Source of the DNA: Geosiphon pyriformis uo1
Taxonomy: Eukaryota > Fungi > Glomeromycota
NCBI GenBank assembly: GCA_016748015.1
Contig: JAAOMT010000258.1
Span: 622,173 to 686,172 of the forward strand
Direction of reading: 5' to 3'
DNA: 64,000 nucleotides
Position 1 is the stretch's first letter. The number at the start of each line of letters is the position of its first letter. Under the pieces are notes generated by a model. That model saw only the letters and a program-made list of their open reading frames with translations. It was not told the DNA's origin and did not search any database. This document shows, in pieces, positions 25,636 to 39,893 of the stretch. The position numbers were made by a program, and so were the translations under genes.

Positions 25636-28600
25636 GAATTTTAATAAAAATATGTCTAAAAAAGTGCAAATTTCAAGTTCTGCTCAGATCTGAGTTGGAT
25701 TAATTTTTTTAATGAGTATCTACTAATCAAAAATTCTATTTGAAAAAATTTGAGAAGTGCTAAAAAAGTCATTAATTATATTTTTGTAAGTAAGAGTCTG
25801 TAATAAGGTCAATTCTGTTTTTGAGTTTTTTGATACAAATTACAAAGCTGTTTTAGTTTCAATTGGTTTGGGTGTTCTCTTGAATGTTTAATTAAATAGC
25901 TTATACAAACAGATTAACAAAGATTGTTGGAAGTTCAGAATCAAAAATACAAATAATGCCAAATAAGCTAAGTTTAAAGAATATGCTTTAACCAAACTCT
26001 CAGTAGTAAAGACTGAGTTTTTTATGACTAGTGCATATGATAATGTAAATACTATATAAAAATTGTTAGAGAAAGTAATAGTAAAGTCAGCTAATGAAAC
26101 ATTTTTTAAATACTGGTTTAGTAAATATAAATGTTCTAGAAACAAACATTTTTTAAAGTTTTTTGGGTTGGAATTACTAATTGCCAAAATTGTTAAAAAG
26201 TTAAGCTTTGATAATGTGTTTGAATTTGATTGTCTTGCTAAAAATTGGTTAACTTTAGATAATAATGAGACTTTTAAGATTATGAATATGTTTTGAAATA
26301 GTGAAAATTCAATGATTGTTCTCAAGTATTTGTTAATGGTTCATAAAAAATACAGAAAATTCAAGCTCTATGAGTCAAAGTTAGTTGAAAAAGTGTCTAT
26401 TAAAAAGGCAATTGAGAAGTGTATAGAAAGTTTTTATTTTAATAAAGAGAATATGATTAAAAGTATTCTGGACTGGCCTTTTTGCAAAGTGATTTTAGAT
26501 TACTTGGTAGTCAAAAATAAGTTGATAATCAAGCCTAATGAGATAAAATTTAAAGTAGATGGGATTATGAAAGAGTGGACAAAGAAGTGGTCAATGCTTC
26601 CAAAGATGTTCAACCTTTGAATTTGTCATTATATGTTCTTAAACTATGTTAATGATAGTGTCTTTTTTGACATAAAAAAAAAGTTAATATGGAGAAGTTG
26701 TCTTTGGTTGTTAATAATCTGCCAAATAATAAAGCTGTCAATTTGTTAAAAATATCTAATGAGCTTTGAAAACATTGTGATAAAGAGGTGTTGGTTTGTT
26801 TTTTAAAGCTGTTAAATTTTTGTTTAATTTTAAATGTGAGTTTTGACTTCTTAAAAAAGAGCATGGGTTTCAATAATTCCAAAATTCTACAAATGGAATA
26901 GTATTTTGATGAATACTAGGCCTATTGCATTAATCAAAACAGTTTAGAAGATATTGTCTAAAATTCTTTCTGATAGAATTTTATTAGCATACAGCAAATT
27001 TGGTGTTTTTTGCAGTGATAATTTTTCAGTATTAAAAAGTACTTCAACTTAGTCTCCTATTTTTGCTATTAGGTTAGTTGTTAAAAATGCTCTGGAGAAA
27101 AACAGAAAGCTTCAATTGGTGTTGTAAAACATACACAAAGCTTATAATTTAGTGGGTTAACATTATTTAAAGGCTAATTTACATCACATTAAGATGTACA
27201 GTTGGTTTATCAGGTTTTTTGGCAATATTTATGAGAATTAAATCAATAAAATAATGACAGATTTTGGCCTCTCAAATGGTTATAGAGTACATAATGGCTT
27301 GAATCAGAGTAAAGTTTTTTCTCCACTTCTTTGGAGAATTTTCTATGATTTACTTTTGTGTAAAGTAAAGAGACATAAGCACTTGTATAGATACTATATT
27401 GATATTATATTGATATTAAGTTTGTGATAAAAACTGGCAGAATTAAGACTGTTAGAGAAAGAACTTTCTTTTTAGCAGCTGGTGTCTTTATTGATGACAC
27501 AATTTGAATTAGAAGTTATCAAGCTTCTACACAATACATTTTAAATAATGCCAGTAAGTTTTTTGATGTTAATGATATTTCAATTAATAATAATAAAACA
27601 GCAGCTATTTTTATCAATCAAGGTGTTAAGACTATATTACTAATAATCAACAATTCACCTATCTCAATTGTTAAAAAAAATAAATCACACATGTATTTAT
27701 GTATTTTTTTATCTATTAAGGATCTTTTTAAGCCTAGTTTAACTTAGGTTCATGTAGACATCAGGTTTTTTTTAAATATAGTGTTGAAGAAGACTATTAT
27801 AGATAAATAATTTTCTTATTTGGTTTCAGCTATTCTGCAGCCTATAGTTAGCTATCAAATGCAGTTTAGTTTTGTTTCAGCAAGTGAATATTGCAAATGG
27901 GATGTAATCATTAAAAAATGTCTTAAGATCAAGACTAGTCTGTTATATAACTTTTTCAATAAGGTTTTGCATTATCTTTCTCTATATGATTTGAAATCTT
28001 TTAAGCAAGTGCAGTTTAAAAGAAAGTTGGCTTTATTGATTTTTTTTTCTAATGCTTATAACATTTTTGGGCATTTTTTTGAGCATAAATTTTTGGATTT
28101 GCAGGTTTTGGGGTGATTCCTTTTGAATTTTTTACAGTTTTCTGTCAAGTTATATGTTAATTCAGTGAATAATTTTTTGGCTAGTGTAATGAAAATCTTT
28201 TTGGAAAATAAACTGTCTTTGGCAAACAACTTGTCTAATGCTTTTTGCAGATTGAAAAAATTTCTAATATCTGGCATCTTAGGGCAACTTTTGTATTATA
28301 ACTTTGTTTTTTTTTGAAGCAGTTTGGTGTTGTATTTGGTGACAGACTTCTGGACAAAAAAGAGAATATAATGAACAGGAAAACATTTCAGCAATGAAAA
28401 AGATTGGATTCAAAAGGCTCTGTGCCTTATTAATTTATATTAACATCTGAATTTATGAACAAAAATGGTTTTTTGGAGGTAAAATCTGCTGTTGTTCTTG
28501 AATTGTCTGTGTTAAATGTTTTAAAATCTAAAGAGTTCTGTAATGTTTATGATTGTTTACTAAAAATTTGGTCTGATTGTATTGAGATTTACACAGATGG

Positions 28601-30003
28601 GCTCTTGAAGAATGCTGGTTCTGCTAAAGTAACAAATAAGACAGCTGTTTATTTTCTGGCTGCAGATGTGGATGTTAAAATTAGAGTGCATAGGCTGTTA
28701 TTTTCTACTTTGGCTAAGCTATAAGCTATTGCTTTGGCTTTAGAGTGTGTTTTATTTTTAAGTGCTGTAGTTTTGTATCTGAACAGCCAATCTGCAATTA
28801 ATGCTTTTGTATCTGAAACTTTGTTTGTAATATTTGACTTCTGCAATTAATGTTGAATTTAAAAATTACATATAATCAATTTTATTAGAAATAAAAACAT
28901 TTTGATTAAGTAAGTAAAAGTTAAAAAACATTCAGAAATTATGGACAATGTTAAAGCTAATAAACTGGCTGGTAAAACAATTTTTTTTTCTTTGTATGTA
29001 AAGATTTAAGAGCAGTTTTTGGTTACTGAAAATACTGTTGTGTCTGATAATATTTGTTATTTTGTTCATAATCTGTACTGGTTGATTTGCTATGCTCATT
29101 AGAAAACTGGTTTTAGTTGTAATATTGTTCTGAATGTTATGATCAAAAAGATAGATTGGGCTATTATTACAATAATTTGATATTCTGACTCATACATGTT
29201 CTCTAAATTTACTAGTAAAAAATCAGCTAATCTGCACACATATATAATAAAAGCAGTACATAGATAGCTGCTAGTAATGATTAGGAAGAAATTATATAAC
29301 AGGAATTATCCTAAAATATTATGCTTATTATGTGGTAAGGTGGAGTTGTCTAATTATGTTTTTACTTGTTTTGGTAATGTTGATCTCTGTAAAAACATTT
29401 TGATTAAAGTTGCTAAAAAATAAGTGTTATTGACAGATTCTTTTTGCTTACCTGTTTCTGCTATTTTGTATTCATTTTCAATGTGTGTTTTGAATGTAAT
29501 TCTGTACACTACAATTTACAAAGACTTTATGTTAAAAAATTGATATGCTGAGGCTGTTATGATTTTTGAAGAGAAAAAAAAAGCTGTTCTGGCTCCAGTC
29601 AAATATATCTAGTTTGTAATAGAATTGCATGACTCTAAAGTATAATTGATTAGATTCAAACATAGGATGAATATAGAAAAAACTGGTTTGGTCAAGAATG
29701 ATGATTTAATTGTAGATTTGTCTTACTGTATGGTATTTATGTTGTTGAATAAAGTAGTTTGTATGTTTAGTGTTATAGAATCCTTTGCTATTAGTTTTGG
29801 TAAATGCAAAATATGTTATTTTTTCTCTAATTTAAGTGATGATGCTTTTATTAATATAGACATATAATAATGTCTTAACTGGCTTGAATAGCTGATTACA
29901 TGTAATAAATATGTGAACTGTATTTAATTTGCTCTACTTAGTTTGGTTTTATATACTAGATAGCAGTTGGATTTTATTTGTTAAATCTTGTAATAAAAAA
30001 AAA
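25636..30003 (+). mobile_element. LINE Y, 3' part (APE C-terminus, RT, RNase H, poly(A))
   Basis: Starts mid-APE at (G)NFNKN. GVFIDDTI RT core, IYTDG RNase H. Poly(A) to 30003, followed by TSD TTATATATTA (30004-30013). Confidence 0.9.
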
Positions 30004-30013
30004 TTATATATTA

Positions 30014-30586
30014 TTATGTATATATCATATTTTTTTATATTTATTTATTGCTCTGTACTATTTATATTATTATTTAATAATTGATTAATATATTATAATA
30101 TTATTATTTTTGTTTTTTATTAATTTTTATTAGATAATATTTTTTTTTTAATATTAAGATCTGTTGAAATCAATATATGTTTTTTTGATATTAATGTTTA
30201 ATACAGAAGTCTGTATACTTATTTGGATTATTTATTCTTATAAATTCTTGAATTTGTTGTTAGTAAGCTTTTTAATTCTATTAAAAATGAATATATTTAT
30301 TTTGTTTGTTAATAATACTTCTAAATAATATTAAAATAATATATAAAATTAATATACTGCTTTAAAATAGTTCTTAGCATTGCTTTTTTCAATCCATTTT
30401 TTGAATTTTTGGAGTTTTGTTGTTAAATTTTCTGTTATTTTTACTAATATAAATTGCTTAAAAATTTTATTATATAGTTATTATAAAATATATATAACAA
30501 AAAAAACAATTAAGTTTGTTTTTTCTTTAAATATTATATTTTTTAAAAGCTAGAATTTTTTTATAATTTTATCAATTAATATGTTA
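30014..30586 (-). mobile_element. Gypsy family 2, unit b: ORF3 end, PPT and LTR start
   Basis: Reverse complement aligns with ~20025-20612. Confidence 0.7.
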
Positions 30587-31056
30587 TAATGCAAACTATT
30601 TGTAGTCATCAAACAATTTATATAATTTTAATAATATTAAAAAACTAAATCATAAATATGATAGATTAAGTTCTTTTCTTTTATATTTACAGTTTAATTT
30701 TTTGAATTATATTATAATTTATAAAGTTATTAAAGTTTAAAATTAGCCACTTTTATTATTAATCTTTAATTTTCAGATGCTAATCAATCAAATTTTAGCT
30801 AATCAGCAATCATTAAAGTTATGTTATCATATAATAAATTATTAAAGTATTATTATTTTCAGAAAGACTTTCAATTAATATTAATCTAATTTTTAGATAG
30901 TTACTTTTTTATAAAAATATAATATCTTTTGATCTGTATATCTTCTGTTAGTAACATGGCACCATTAACTATGAATATTTTATTTATACTACTATCATAT
31001 TTGGTTGTCATTATTGAAACAAAAACCCAAATATCAATATTGTTCACATTAGGTAT

Positions 31057-32028
31057 TGTTATCGGAGGTTTTTGGTCTCTTTTTTTAAATGTTGTTGATG
31101 TCTGTTTGTTGTGAATTCACATTGTCTGGATGTGGTTGAATCTCTAGTAACTGAATGTATTTTCAAATTATCTCCTATAATTTAAACTGCTGGGCTTATA
31201 AGTGGAATAGCCAATTCTTTGCCAGTTACTTTATGTAGTTACGTTGTAGTAAATGTCAACTTTTTCTCAGGAATTGCTCATCTGGAAGCTCACTAAAAAA
31301 TGTGTAGTTACTTTGCTGTGAAAGTCAACTCTTCTACAAAAATCTCATCTGTAGGCTACCCTAATGATTGTATTAAAAAAAGAAAAGAAAAATAAAAAAA
31401 ATGTAAAAGAAATAGAATTTTTATCAAGGGAAACGTTTTTCTATCCAGGTCTGGAGTAACTAACAGTTTACTGAAATTGGTAACTAATCAATTTCAAAAC
31501 ATTAGTTGGGTTTTAAGGATTTTCCAAGTGCAATAATTAAAAAATTTGGTTTTTCGAATTATTTGATATTTATTTTTTTTTGTGTGTAGGAATGATTCAA
31601 AGTGATAAATCTAAAGTAAGATACATTTTCTCAAAGAGAGAAGCTCTTCTTTTATACAACTTGTCATAACACTATTCTATAAACTTGAACTTTGTTTTTT
31701 TTCTACAATTTTGCTGAACTAAAGCTACATTTTGGCAAACTACAAGTTATTTCTGCAAACTATTAGATATTTTGGTGAACTATCAATTATTTCGGCAAAT
31801 TTCTACAAATTTTGGCGAACTTTTTAAATGTTACATAGTTCGGGGTATTGCATAATTGATCATTGCAATTAGGTTACATTTGTGTTATGTACAAATTAGG
31901 TTATTAATTAAATGATAATTTCGGATATTTTACTAATGTAATAAGTAATAATTTGAATTACTAATTAATGATAAGAATTATAAGGGTAATTTTATGCTAA
32001 GCAATATCTCTAATTTTGTCTAGTAATA
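31057..32028 (-). repeat. 3' LTR of gypsy family 1, with PPT GAGAAGGAGG adjacent at ~32032-32042
   Basis: Colinear with 39894-40866. Purine tract immediately upstream on the minus strand. Confidence 0.92.
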
Positions 32029-32029
32029 T

Positions 32030-32716
32030 AACCTCCTTCTCAAGACTGAGCTCTATCGAAGTCCAAGTACTGTCTGTAATTTCCAGATAATAATCCAAAA
32101 TTATTGAAGAAATTTGGTCTGAAAATTGTTGAAATTTCAGTTCTGTGAGCTTTCCAATGTATTGAATTTTCAAAGGTTGTAAAATTGGGTTTTGTAAAAC
32201 GTTTTCACAGGTGTGGAATAGGTCATAAAGTCTAAGAGCAGCTCTTAATTTATAACAACTGTTTGTAAGTCCAGCTGTTGTTTTGAATTCATTGTAGAGT
32301 TATTTCCAAATAGCTTCTTTTGTGAGGTTTGCTCTTGTAAGCTCCCATTTTTGTTCGTGAAATGTTTTTCCAATGTAGAAATATCTATATATTGCAGTAT
32401 AGTTATAGTTTTCTTCATTAAAACACAGTTGAAGTTTTTGTTGAATAGTAGCATTTGGTGGAATACTAATAGGAATGAGCATTAAGTTTTCTTTTAAAAC
32501 AAGCTTTAAAAGTTCTGGCAAATAAATTCCAGAATAACTTCTTGTGTTTTTTTTATACAGATGATATTTTCGTGCATTTAAGGCTAAATTTGTAACTACT
32601 TCTGTTTAGGTATAATTAATGTGGTTTCCAGTAACAGTAATGGATAATTTGGGTATTGTTTTTAAAGCTAACATTAGTTTTTAGGATAATTGTTGAATGT
32701 TTTAAGGAATAGTCAT
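32030..32716 (-). pseudogene. ORF3 of unknown function between integrase and PPT
   Basis: Joined across stops/frameshifts: MT...LMLALKTIPKLSITVTGNH...ISIPPNATIQQKLQLCFNEENYNYTAIYRYFYIGK...YKLRAALRLYDLFHTCENVLQNP...WTSIELSLEK. Colinear copy at ~57365-58045. Confidence 0.6.
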
Positions 32717-35700
32717 TATAAGAGATTTGAAAATAAAAGAAAATTATTTTTGGTGTATGGGTTTTTATGTTATTTTTGTTTTGTTTTTGTGAGATTGTTT
32801 CTAAATTATAAAGAGATAACTATAATAATAAATTTAAATTAAGTGTTCAAGTTGGGAGGTTGTTCAATGACAACTATTGGTTCTAAATTTCGGGGAATAT
32901 CTTCGGGATTGATTAAAAGAGAATGTGTACCAATTTGTGGAATTATAGTGTTTCAAACAATCTCCATGTGCAACTTTTGCTAGGATTTTGTCATCAAGTC
33001 TTAACTTGTATGATCTATTGCCTAGGATTTCATGGATAAAGAATGGTTTATCCCATTTATTTTCAAATTTTCCACTCCATTGTTTTTCGGCTTTAGTTCT
33101 GTGTAAGAAAACTTTGTTTCCAATTTTAAATTCATTGGTGACTGGTGGCAATTTGTTGTCATGCTGTTCTTTTTGTTAAGCTTGGGAGTGTTTAATATGG
33201 ATTGCTGCTATTCGTTGTTTTTTTTCCAATGTGCTAAGCAGAGTGTAGGCTCTTCATTGTAGTGTTTTCTGAAAGTTGTTTTCATTAATTAACTGTACTG
33301 GGTATGTTTCTACTGTGAAACTAATTGGTAACGTTGTTGTCCTTCCATAAGTTAAATCAAATAGTGTGTGTTTTGTGGTATCTTGTTTTAGTGTTCTATA
33401 TGCTAGTAACACTGATGGAATAAAAATATCCCATTCCTGCTCAAAATTTGCTAAGACTTTGGCTAAAGATTCACATAATGTTCTGTTAAAACATTCTACA
33501 AGTCTATTTGTTTGTGGATGGTAGAGTGAAGATAATGGTCTTTTAATATTGAATTGTTCACAGATTTTTTGAATTAGATTGTTTACAAAATGTGTTCCTT
33601 AATCAGATAAAAGTTTGATTGGGCATCTATATCTACAAATAATGTCTTCATAAATGAAGTTTGCTACTGATTTTGCATCTGCTCATTGAATAACTCTGGC
33701 TTCAGGCCATTCGGTGAGATAATCTACAGCTACTGTAATATAATGGTTTCCTTGGTTTGTAATAGGTAGTGGTCTGACTAAATTGATACCTACTTGGTCA
33801 AAAGGCTGTCCAACTTTGATTGGATTTAAAGGTTCTGTAGGGCGAGTTCCTTTTTTTCTTTGACAAATATTGCAAGATTTAATGTATTCATGAATGTTTT
33901 TTTTTATTTGGGACCAAAAGTAGTGTTCTAATGTTCTTTGGGTGGTGCTATTTTTTCCTAAATGTGCTGATGAAGAGTCTAAGTGCATGTTGTATAAGAT
34001 AGTTTTCTTTTTATTTTCCTGTATTAATCTGAGTGGTTTGTCTGGGTTTTTGAAGTTTTGATAATAAATGGTGTTGTTGTGTAAAAAATATTGTTTGGCT
34101 TTTTGTTGTAATTGGTGTTTTTCATCTGAAGACCAATCTGTTGGGATTGTTAGTGTCTCCAAATATTGTTTAAGATTGTTGTAGTTTTCAGGATTCATTG
34201 TTTGTTGTTTTTTTTTTGTTACTGCTAATTCAAATGGGTGTTGGTTTTGTGTTCTAATTTTGCCTCATTCTTGAGAGACAATCACCATTGGTGTGGAGCT
34301 TTCCTGGTTTGTGATGTACATTGTATCAGTAGTTGGCTAAAAATCCTGTTCATCAGGTTTGTTTGGCATTTAGCTGAGTGTTTTTGTTCTGAAACCATTT
34401 GAGTCCAATATTATCAGTGATAATATCAAATTCTTTAGTCCTGAGATAAAAGTTGAAGTGGTGTAGGGCCCAAATTATGGCTGCTGTTTCTAGTTCTGTG
34501 GCAGGATAGTTTTTCTTAGCTGGTTTTAATGTTCTGCTAGCATAAGTAATTACTTGTTCATTTCCATTGTCGTCTACTTGTGATAAAATAGCATCAAAGG
34601 CAGTATAAGAAACATCTGTAGCTAGTCAAAATCAGTTACTGAAGTCTGAGTAGGTGAAAATTGGAGCTGTTGTCAGCTTTTCCTTGAGAATTTCAAAAGC
34701 TTTTTGGTGTTCTTCTATTCATTTGTATTTGACATTTTTAGTAGTGAGCTGGTTGAGAGGTTTTGTGATTTCTGAGAATTCTTTGATGAATTTTCAGTAA
34801 TAGGAAGCTAATCCAATAAATCCTCTCAATTCTGTGGTATTTCGTGGAGTTTTGAAGTTCTTAACAGTGCTGATTTTTCCAGGGTCTGGTTTAATTCTAT
34901 CTTTGCTCACAATGTGGCCAAGAAAGACCAAACTCATTTTTCCAAAGTATTATTTTTCAATGTTCAGTTTCAGTCTTGCTTTCTGTAATCATTGAAAAAC
35001 TTCTTGCAGGTGTGTTAAGTATAATTCAAAAAATGGTGAATAAACATCAGTATCATTGAAATAGACAACTACTGATTTCCAAAGGAGGCCTTTGTAAACA
35101 ACATCCATGAGTCTTTGGAATGTTGCTGGTGCATTGCATAATCCAAAAGACATTATATTAAACTCATAATTTCCTCCTTGAATGGTGAATACTGTTTTGG
35201 GGCAATTTTTGGAATCCATGGCAACTTGCTAGTATCCGCTCTCTAAATCTAATGTCGAAAAGTATTTGGACTTTCTAAGGGCATTCAACATGTCATCAAT
35301 TCAGAGAAGAGGGTAGACATCTCTAATGGTGACACTGTTGAGTTGTCAATAATTAACACAAAATCATATCTTTCCATTTTTCTTTTTAATTAGGACCACA
35401 GGTGAAGTCCATGAACTCATTGATGATTGAATAAGCCCATTGTTAAGCATCTATTGTACTTCTTTTCTGATAAATTGGTGACTTTCTGGAGCAATTTGGT
35501 AGGCTTGTTGTCACCTTGGTTTGGCATCTCCTGTATAGATTTGGTGTTGAACCAAATTAGTTCTTCCTAAGTCATTGTTGTTTTTGGCAAAGATATTAGC
35601 AAATTCTGCAATTAGCTCTTTAAGCTGGTTCTGTTGTTGTGATTCAAGTTGTCCCATGTTAATTTGAGATAGTTTTTCCATGACAACATGGTAGTTTTTA

Positions 35701-36099
35701 GAGCTGGGGTTTGGATTGATTTTTGGTAGTGAATGTCCAATAATTTCCGAGAAATTAAGAACTGTTTGGGGTTGTTCTTGTTGAAAGATGTTATTGTGAA
35801 TGACTTCAATTCTAAGTTGTTTAATAAAACTATGGGATAATTGTTGGAATTGTAAAAAGTAACTCGGACTTTCTTTGTTTCTTCTGGAATATAAATGTTT
35901 GGAATTGAGATATTATGTTCCAAGCAGACTTGTTTGTTGGATTCAAAAATTTGTTGTGTGGTTGTTGGCTTTGGGCAGGTGTAGATTTCCGGATGTTTCC
36001 CAAAGGGTAAAATAGTAATTGGTTGTGGAAGTTATAGAATCTAGTGAGATTCATTTTGTTCATTAAGAGCTATGTTTACTGAAACTGTGAATTGTTCAG

Positions 36100-36470
36100 T
36101 TGAACCAAAACCATTGGTTTCTCTTTCACTTTTCCCAATTGTTTTTTTTGATTGACTAATTGTAAACCTGAAATGTTGATTAAGAGTAAATAAATAGCTT
36201 GAGCAATTTTTTTGGCATGTTCAATCTGAAAAGATTTATTGGTTTCATTTTGTAATATGATTGTAATGTCTTCTGTATATTTAGCATCTATGATTCCTCT
36301 TCTAATATTGATTTCTTTGCTTGCCAATGATAATTGTGAAGTGATTTGGATCATTGCTCTTGGTGGAATTTCGAGAACAATTTTGAGATTGATCTTGGTA
36401 AGGGAATTTGGTTGAAGAACCAAAGTGTCTTTTTTTGGATATCATAGATCATATTCAGCATCAATTTTAT
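36100..36470 (-). pseudogene. dUTPase domain within gypsy pol
   Basis: Decayed versions of all five trimeric dUTPase motifs in order: DAEYDL, SQLSLA (RSSLA), GIIDAKYTE (GxIDxxYxG), KIAQ, RETNGFGS. Confidence 0.85.
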
Positions 36471-39400
36471 GTGCTTTTTCAGACTTTATTCCTTGTCCAT
36501 TGTTGTTGAAGTATTTGAGCTGTAAAGCAGACTGATTTTTGATAAGATAGATGGGTGTCGTTTCAATTTTTTCCATTGCTTTAGGTTCACCAAATTCGAT
36601 TTCATATTTGTCACTTTCACTGGGTAATGGAATGCTAAGGGCATAGCATTCAGAACACCATTGTTCATCACAAGGCATTATGCATTCCTCACATAATTTA
36701 ATGTTCATTTGTTCTAGCTGTTGAGCTTGAGCTTTTTTGGTTGGGTAGGTGTGACTTGTGATTTGATGATACACTTCTACTTCATCTTCATAATCAAATC
36801 CAGCTAATTTCAAGGTATATTTAATATATTCAGCTTCTTTCATTTGAAGGATGTCTTCTTTGGTTCCTCTGTTAATTAAAACCATGGCAAGTTTGTAAAT
36901 TATTTTGGTGTCATGGGGGTAATGATAAAGTTTGTTAAGGGCGCTATTGTATGCGGCATTGAAAAATGTTCCATGTTTTACCTTTTCTGCAATAGAAAAA
37001 GCATATTGGCAAGTTTGATTGCAGACTCCTTCTCTAAATGTGACATCAATCCAGTCATATTCATCAAGAAGCTGCTTTCTACAAGTAAGACAGAGTGTTT
37101 TATCCCATTTCCTGCTTCTTTTGATCAAGTGGCCCCATCGTTCTTGATGGCAGGCCTTGCAGTAGTAGCAAGTATGACTTTTATATTCTTCCTCAAATGA
37201 AATACAAGCTCCTATTGACAATAGTTTCTTGTGGCAGTCCTTATATTTAAAAGGAATATAGAGCATTGTTTCCTTGGTTCAGGCTTTGAGTAAGAGATAT
37301 TCCATCCAGGAGTTTTAGGTTCAGAGTGTGGAGTAAAATGTTTTTATTCAGTTTCTTTGGCCCAATTGGATGTTGATCCAAGAGCCATGAATGTTTTAAT
37401 TATTGGTTTTTCTTTTTCTGGTTTGAATTCAAAAGCCGGGGCTTTTTCGGAGCATTTGTTGAATGTACCACAAGTGGCAGATACTTGAATGTATTGTCCT
37501 TAGTAAGAGATTTGTAGTTCTTGGGTTTTCCAGTCTAATTTTGCATTGGCTTTTTGAAGCCAGTTATTTTTGACAAGAGCTTGATACTGAGGAGTGTTCA
37601 TTACAAGAACTTTGACTGGAATGGTGATTTCATCAAGAGTGAATGGAAAATTGTCAATTTCTCCCACTGGAGTCTTTTTCATGCCATCAGCAGTAACAAT
37701 TACTGTTTGGGCTGGTCAGTCAACATTTCTTTTTAACTGTTGTATTAACTGGTAAGTAATAATACTTTCAGCAGATCCACTGTCTAGGATTAAACAAATT
37801 GTTTTTTCTTCAACTTCAGCTTCAGTATACATAGCTGTGATTGCTTTTTGTTTGTTTGCAGCAGCATTGCTGAGTAAAAATGGTGATTCATTGGCTTCGA
37901 ACTCGAAAGAAAAAATATCAGAAAGATTGGCATTTTCAGCAATTCTGGCTGGTGGAATAGTAGTGTGGTTATGAGAAGAATTTTGTTGTTGTGCTGCAGC
38001 TCTACTTTCCGAGAGTGCAGTATGGTAAAAATCCTATTCTTTTGGTATTGTTAAATAACTGAGTTGAGTGTGATAGTGGTTGGGTCTTAGTTGAGTGGAA
38101 TTTTGGAGAACCAATTGGTTATTCGAACTGATTCTATTGTTGTTTACTTGGTATCGGTTTTGTGGTGTGAATTGATTTTGTGTAATCAATCTTCGAGCAG
38201 GTACTTGATAATGTTGTGTGGGTAATTGTCAGTATTGCTATTAGATTGGCTGTAGGGCGGATTGATAATAGCTATTTTGGTATTGAGGTCTTGGTAGATA
38301 GTAAGCTGGTGGTGGTAGTTGATAATAAGATTGCTGTGGTGGAGGGTAATATTGATTACTCCTATTTTGTTGGTTTCATTGTAGCTTTTTGCAATCTCTT
38401 TTCCAGTGGCCAGGGATTCTACAGTAATGGCAATTTTGGATTTGGTTGTTGGATGGTGGTCCGAAGTTGTTTTGATTGCGTCGTTGTAGAGGTTGGTACC
38501 TTTGTGGTTGTTGTGATTGCTGCAACTGCTGCAGCTGCTGTTGTTGCTGTTGGTTGGTGAAGTAGTTTTCAACTTTTTTGGTTAATTGGTCAATCTTTTT
38601 TTCAGCTGTTGAGCTGGTTTCTCCAATAGCCAGATTAACAAGTTTGGTATGATTGGCTTCTTCTATAGCCATTTCATAGTTTTTCACCTATTGAATAGCA
38701 GTGGCTAAATCTTCTGGTGCATGTGGGCAAACTTTTTTGATAAGTTTGTCTTTTAGTTCAGCAATGAATTGGTCCAAGATTTGTGCATTGAAGTAGTATT
38801 TATTGGTTTCCAATTGGCAAATCCTTCTAAGCAGTTTGTCAAATTTCCCAAAATAGGTCATAACTAATTTACTTGGCTCTTGCTTGATATTTCGGAACTG
38901 ATTTCGAAGGGTAATGGAAGTGTTATTGTCAGTGAACTGTTCTAGAAAAGCAGTTTTGAATGCTTCCCAGTGTTTTGGTGAGGCTTCCAAGTTTTCAAAC
39001 CATTCACCAGCCATTTCTTGTAAGAAATATGGAATTGCTTTTAACATTCTGGCAGTATTCTAACCATTTGCATCTCCTGTTTTTAAGACTTTGTCAAGCC
39101 ATTTTTGAGGACTGGTTTCACTGTCTTCTTCTGTGAACTCAGGGATTTTTGCAATGTATGTGGAAGCCATTTCTTCTTCATTTTCTGAGTCTTCTGTTTT
39201 TTGTTCTGATTTGGTCTCTTCACTTTGATTTTCTGCTAAGTAGTCAATAAGGTTTGTGCTGGTTAATATTGGTTTTTGTTGTTGAATAGTGCTTTTGGGT
39301 AACTGAAAATCTTCTATTTTTGAAAACCAAATAAGTAGTGAGCTTGGTGTTTGCAGTTGAGCAAATGAAGCTGGAAATGGTGTGATTGAGAGTGGTAATT

Positions 39401-39877
39401 TAAAGCTGGTTCCTGGTTCTGGAGTTTGTAAATGTTTGGCAGTGGTTTTAGATGTATTGGGAGTAGTTCTGAGTTTTTGTTTTTTTTTCCTTTTTCTTCT
39501 TCTGTTTCCAATTCAAAACCAAGAGAAAATTTCTGTTCTACTGAGTAATTCTCTTCACAATACTAAATGATATTGAAATTGAGTTCTTAGAAATATGTTT
39601 CAAGTGTTTGACTGTTAAAATCTTGAGTGTTTAAACGAGAGTGATGTACTAAGCTTTCATATAAGTTGTGTCTAACTTTTGAAATGTTGTAGTCTTCAAA
39701 AAGATAATTGTTGATGCAATTTTCAATGTACTGGTAAAGTGTTTTCTTGAATGTTTCAATTCCGTCTGGGATGTTAAATCTCTACTTACAGTGAGTATAG
39801 ATTGACTGATAATAATCTAGAGTTCTTGAATCTGTTTGAGTTGTCACTTTTGAAGTTGTTGTCACTGTGTTATTTTT

Positions 39878-39891
39878 GTGGGAGAGCACCA
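39878..39891 (-). promoter_or_regulatory. Primer-binding site TGGTGCTCTCCCAC
   Basis: TGG-starting tract 2 nt inside the 5' LTR end, complementary to a tRNA 3' end ...GGGAGAGCACCA. tRNA identity not assigned. Confidence 0.7.
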
Positions 39892-39893
39892 AA

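Noticed and set aside
22009-30003. Twin-priming 5' inversion of a single LINE
   Set aside because: Both arms contain their own RT, RNase H and poly(A), are clearly diverged from each other, and each has its complementary half and TSD at 49.7-55.5 kb.
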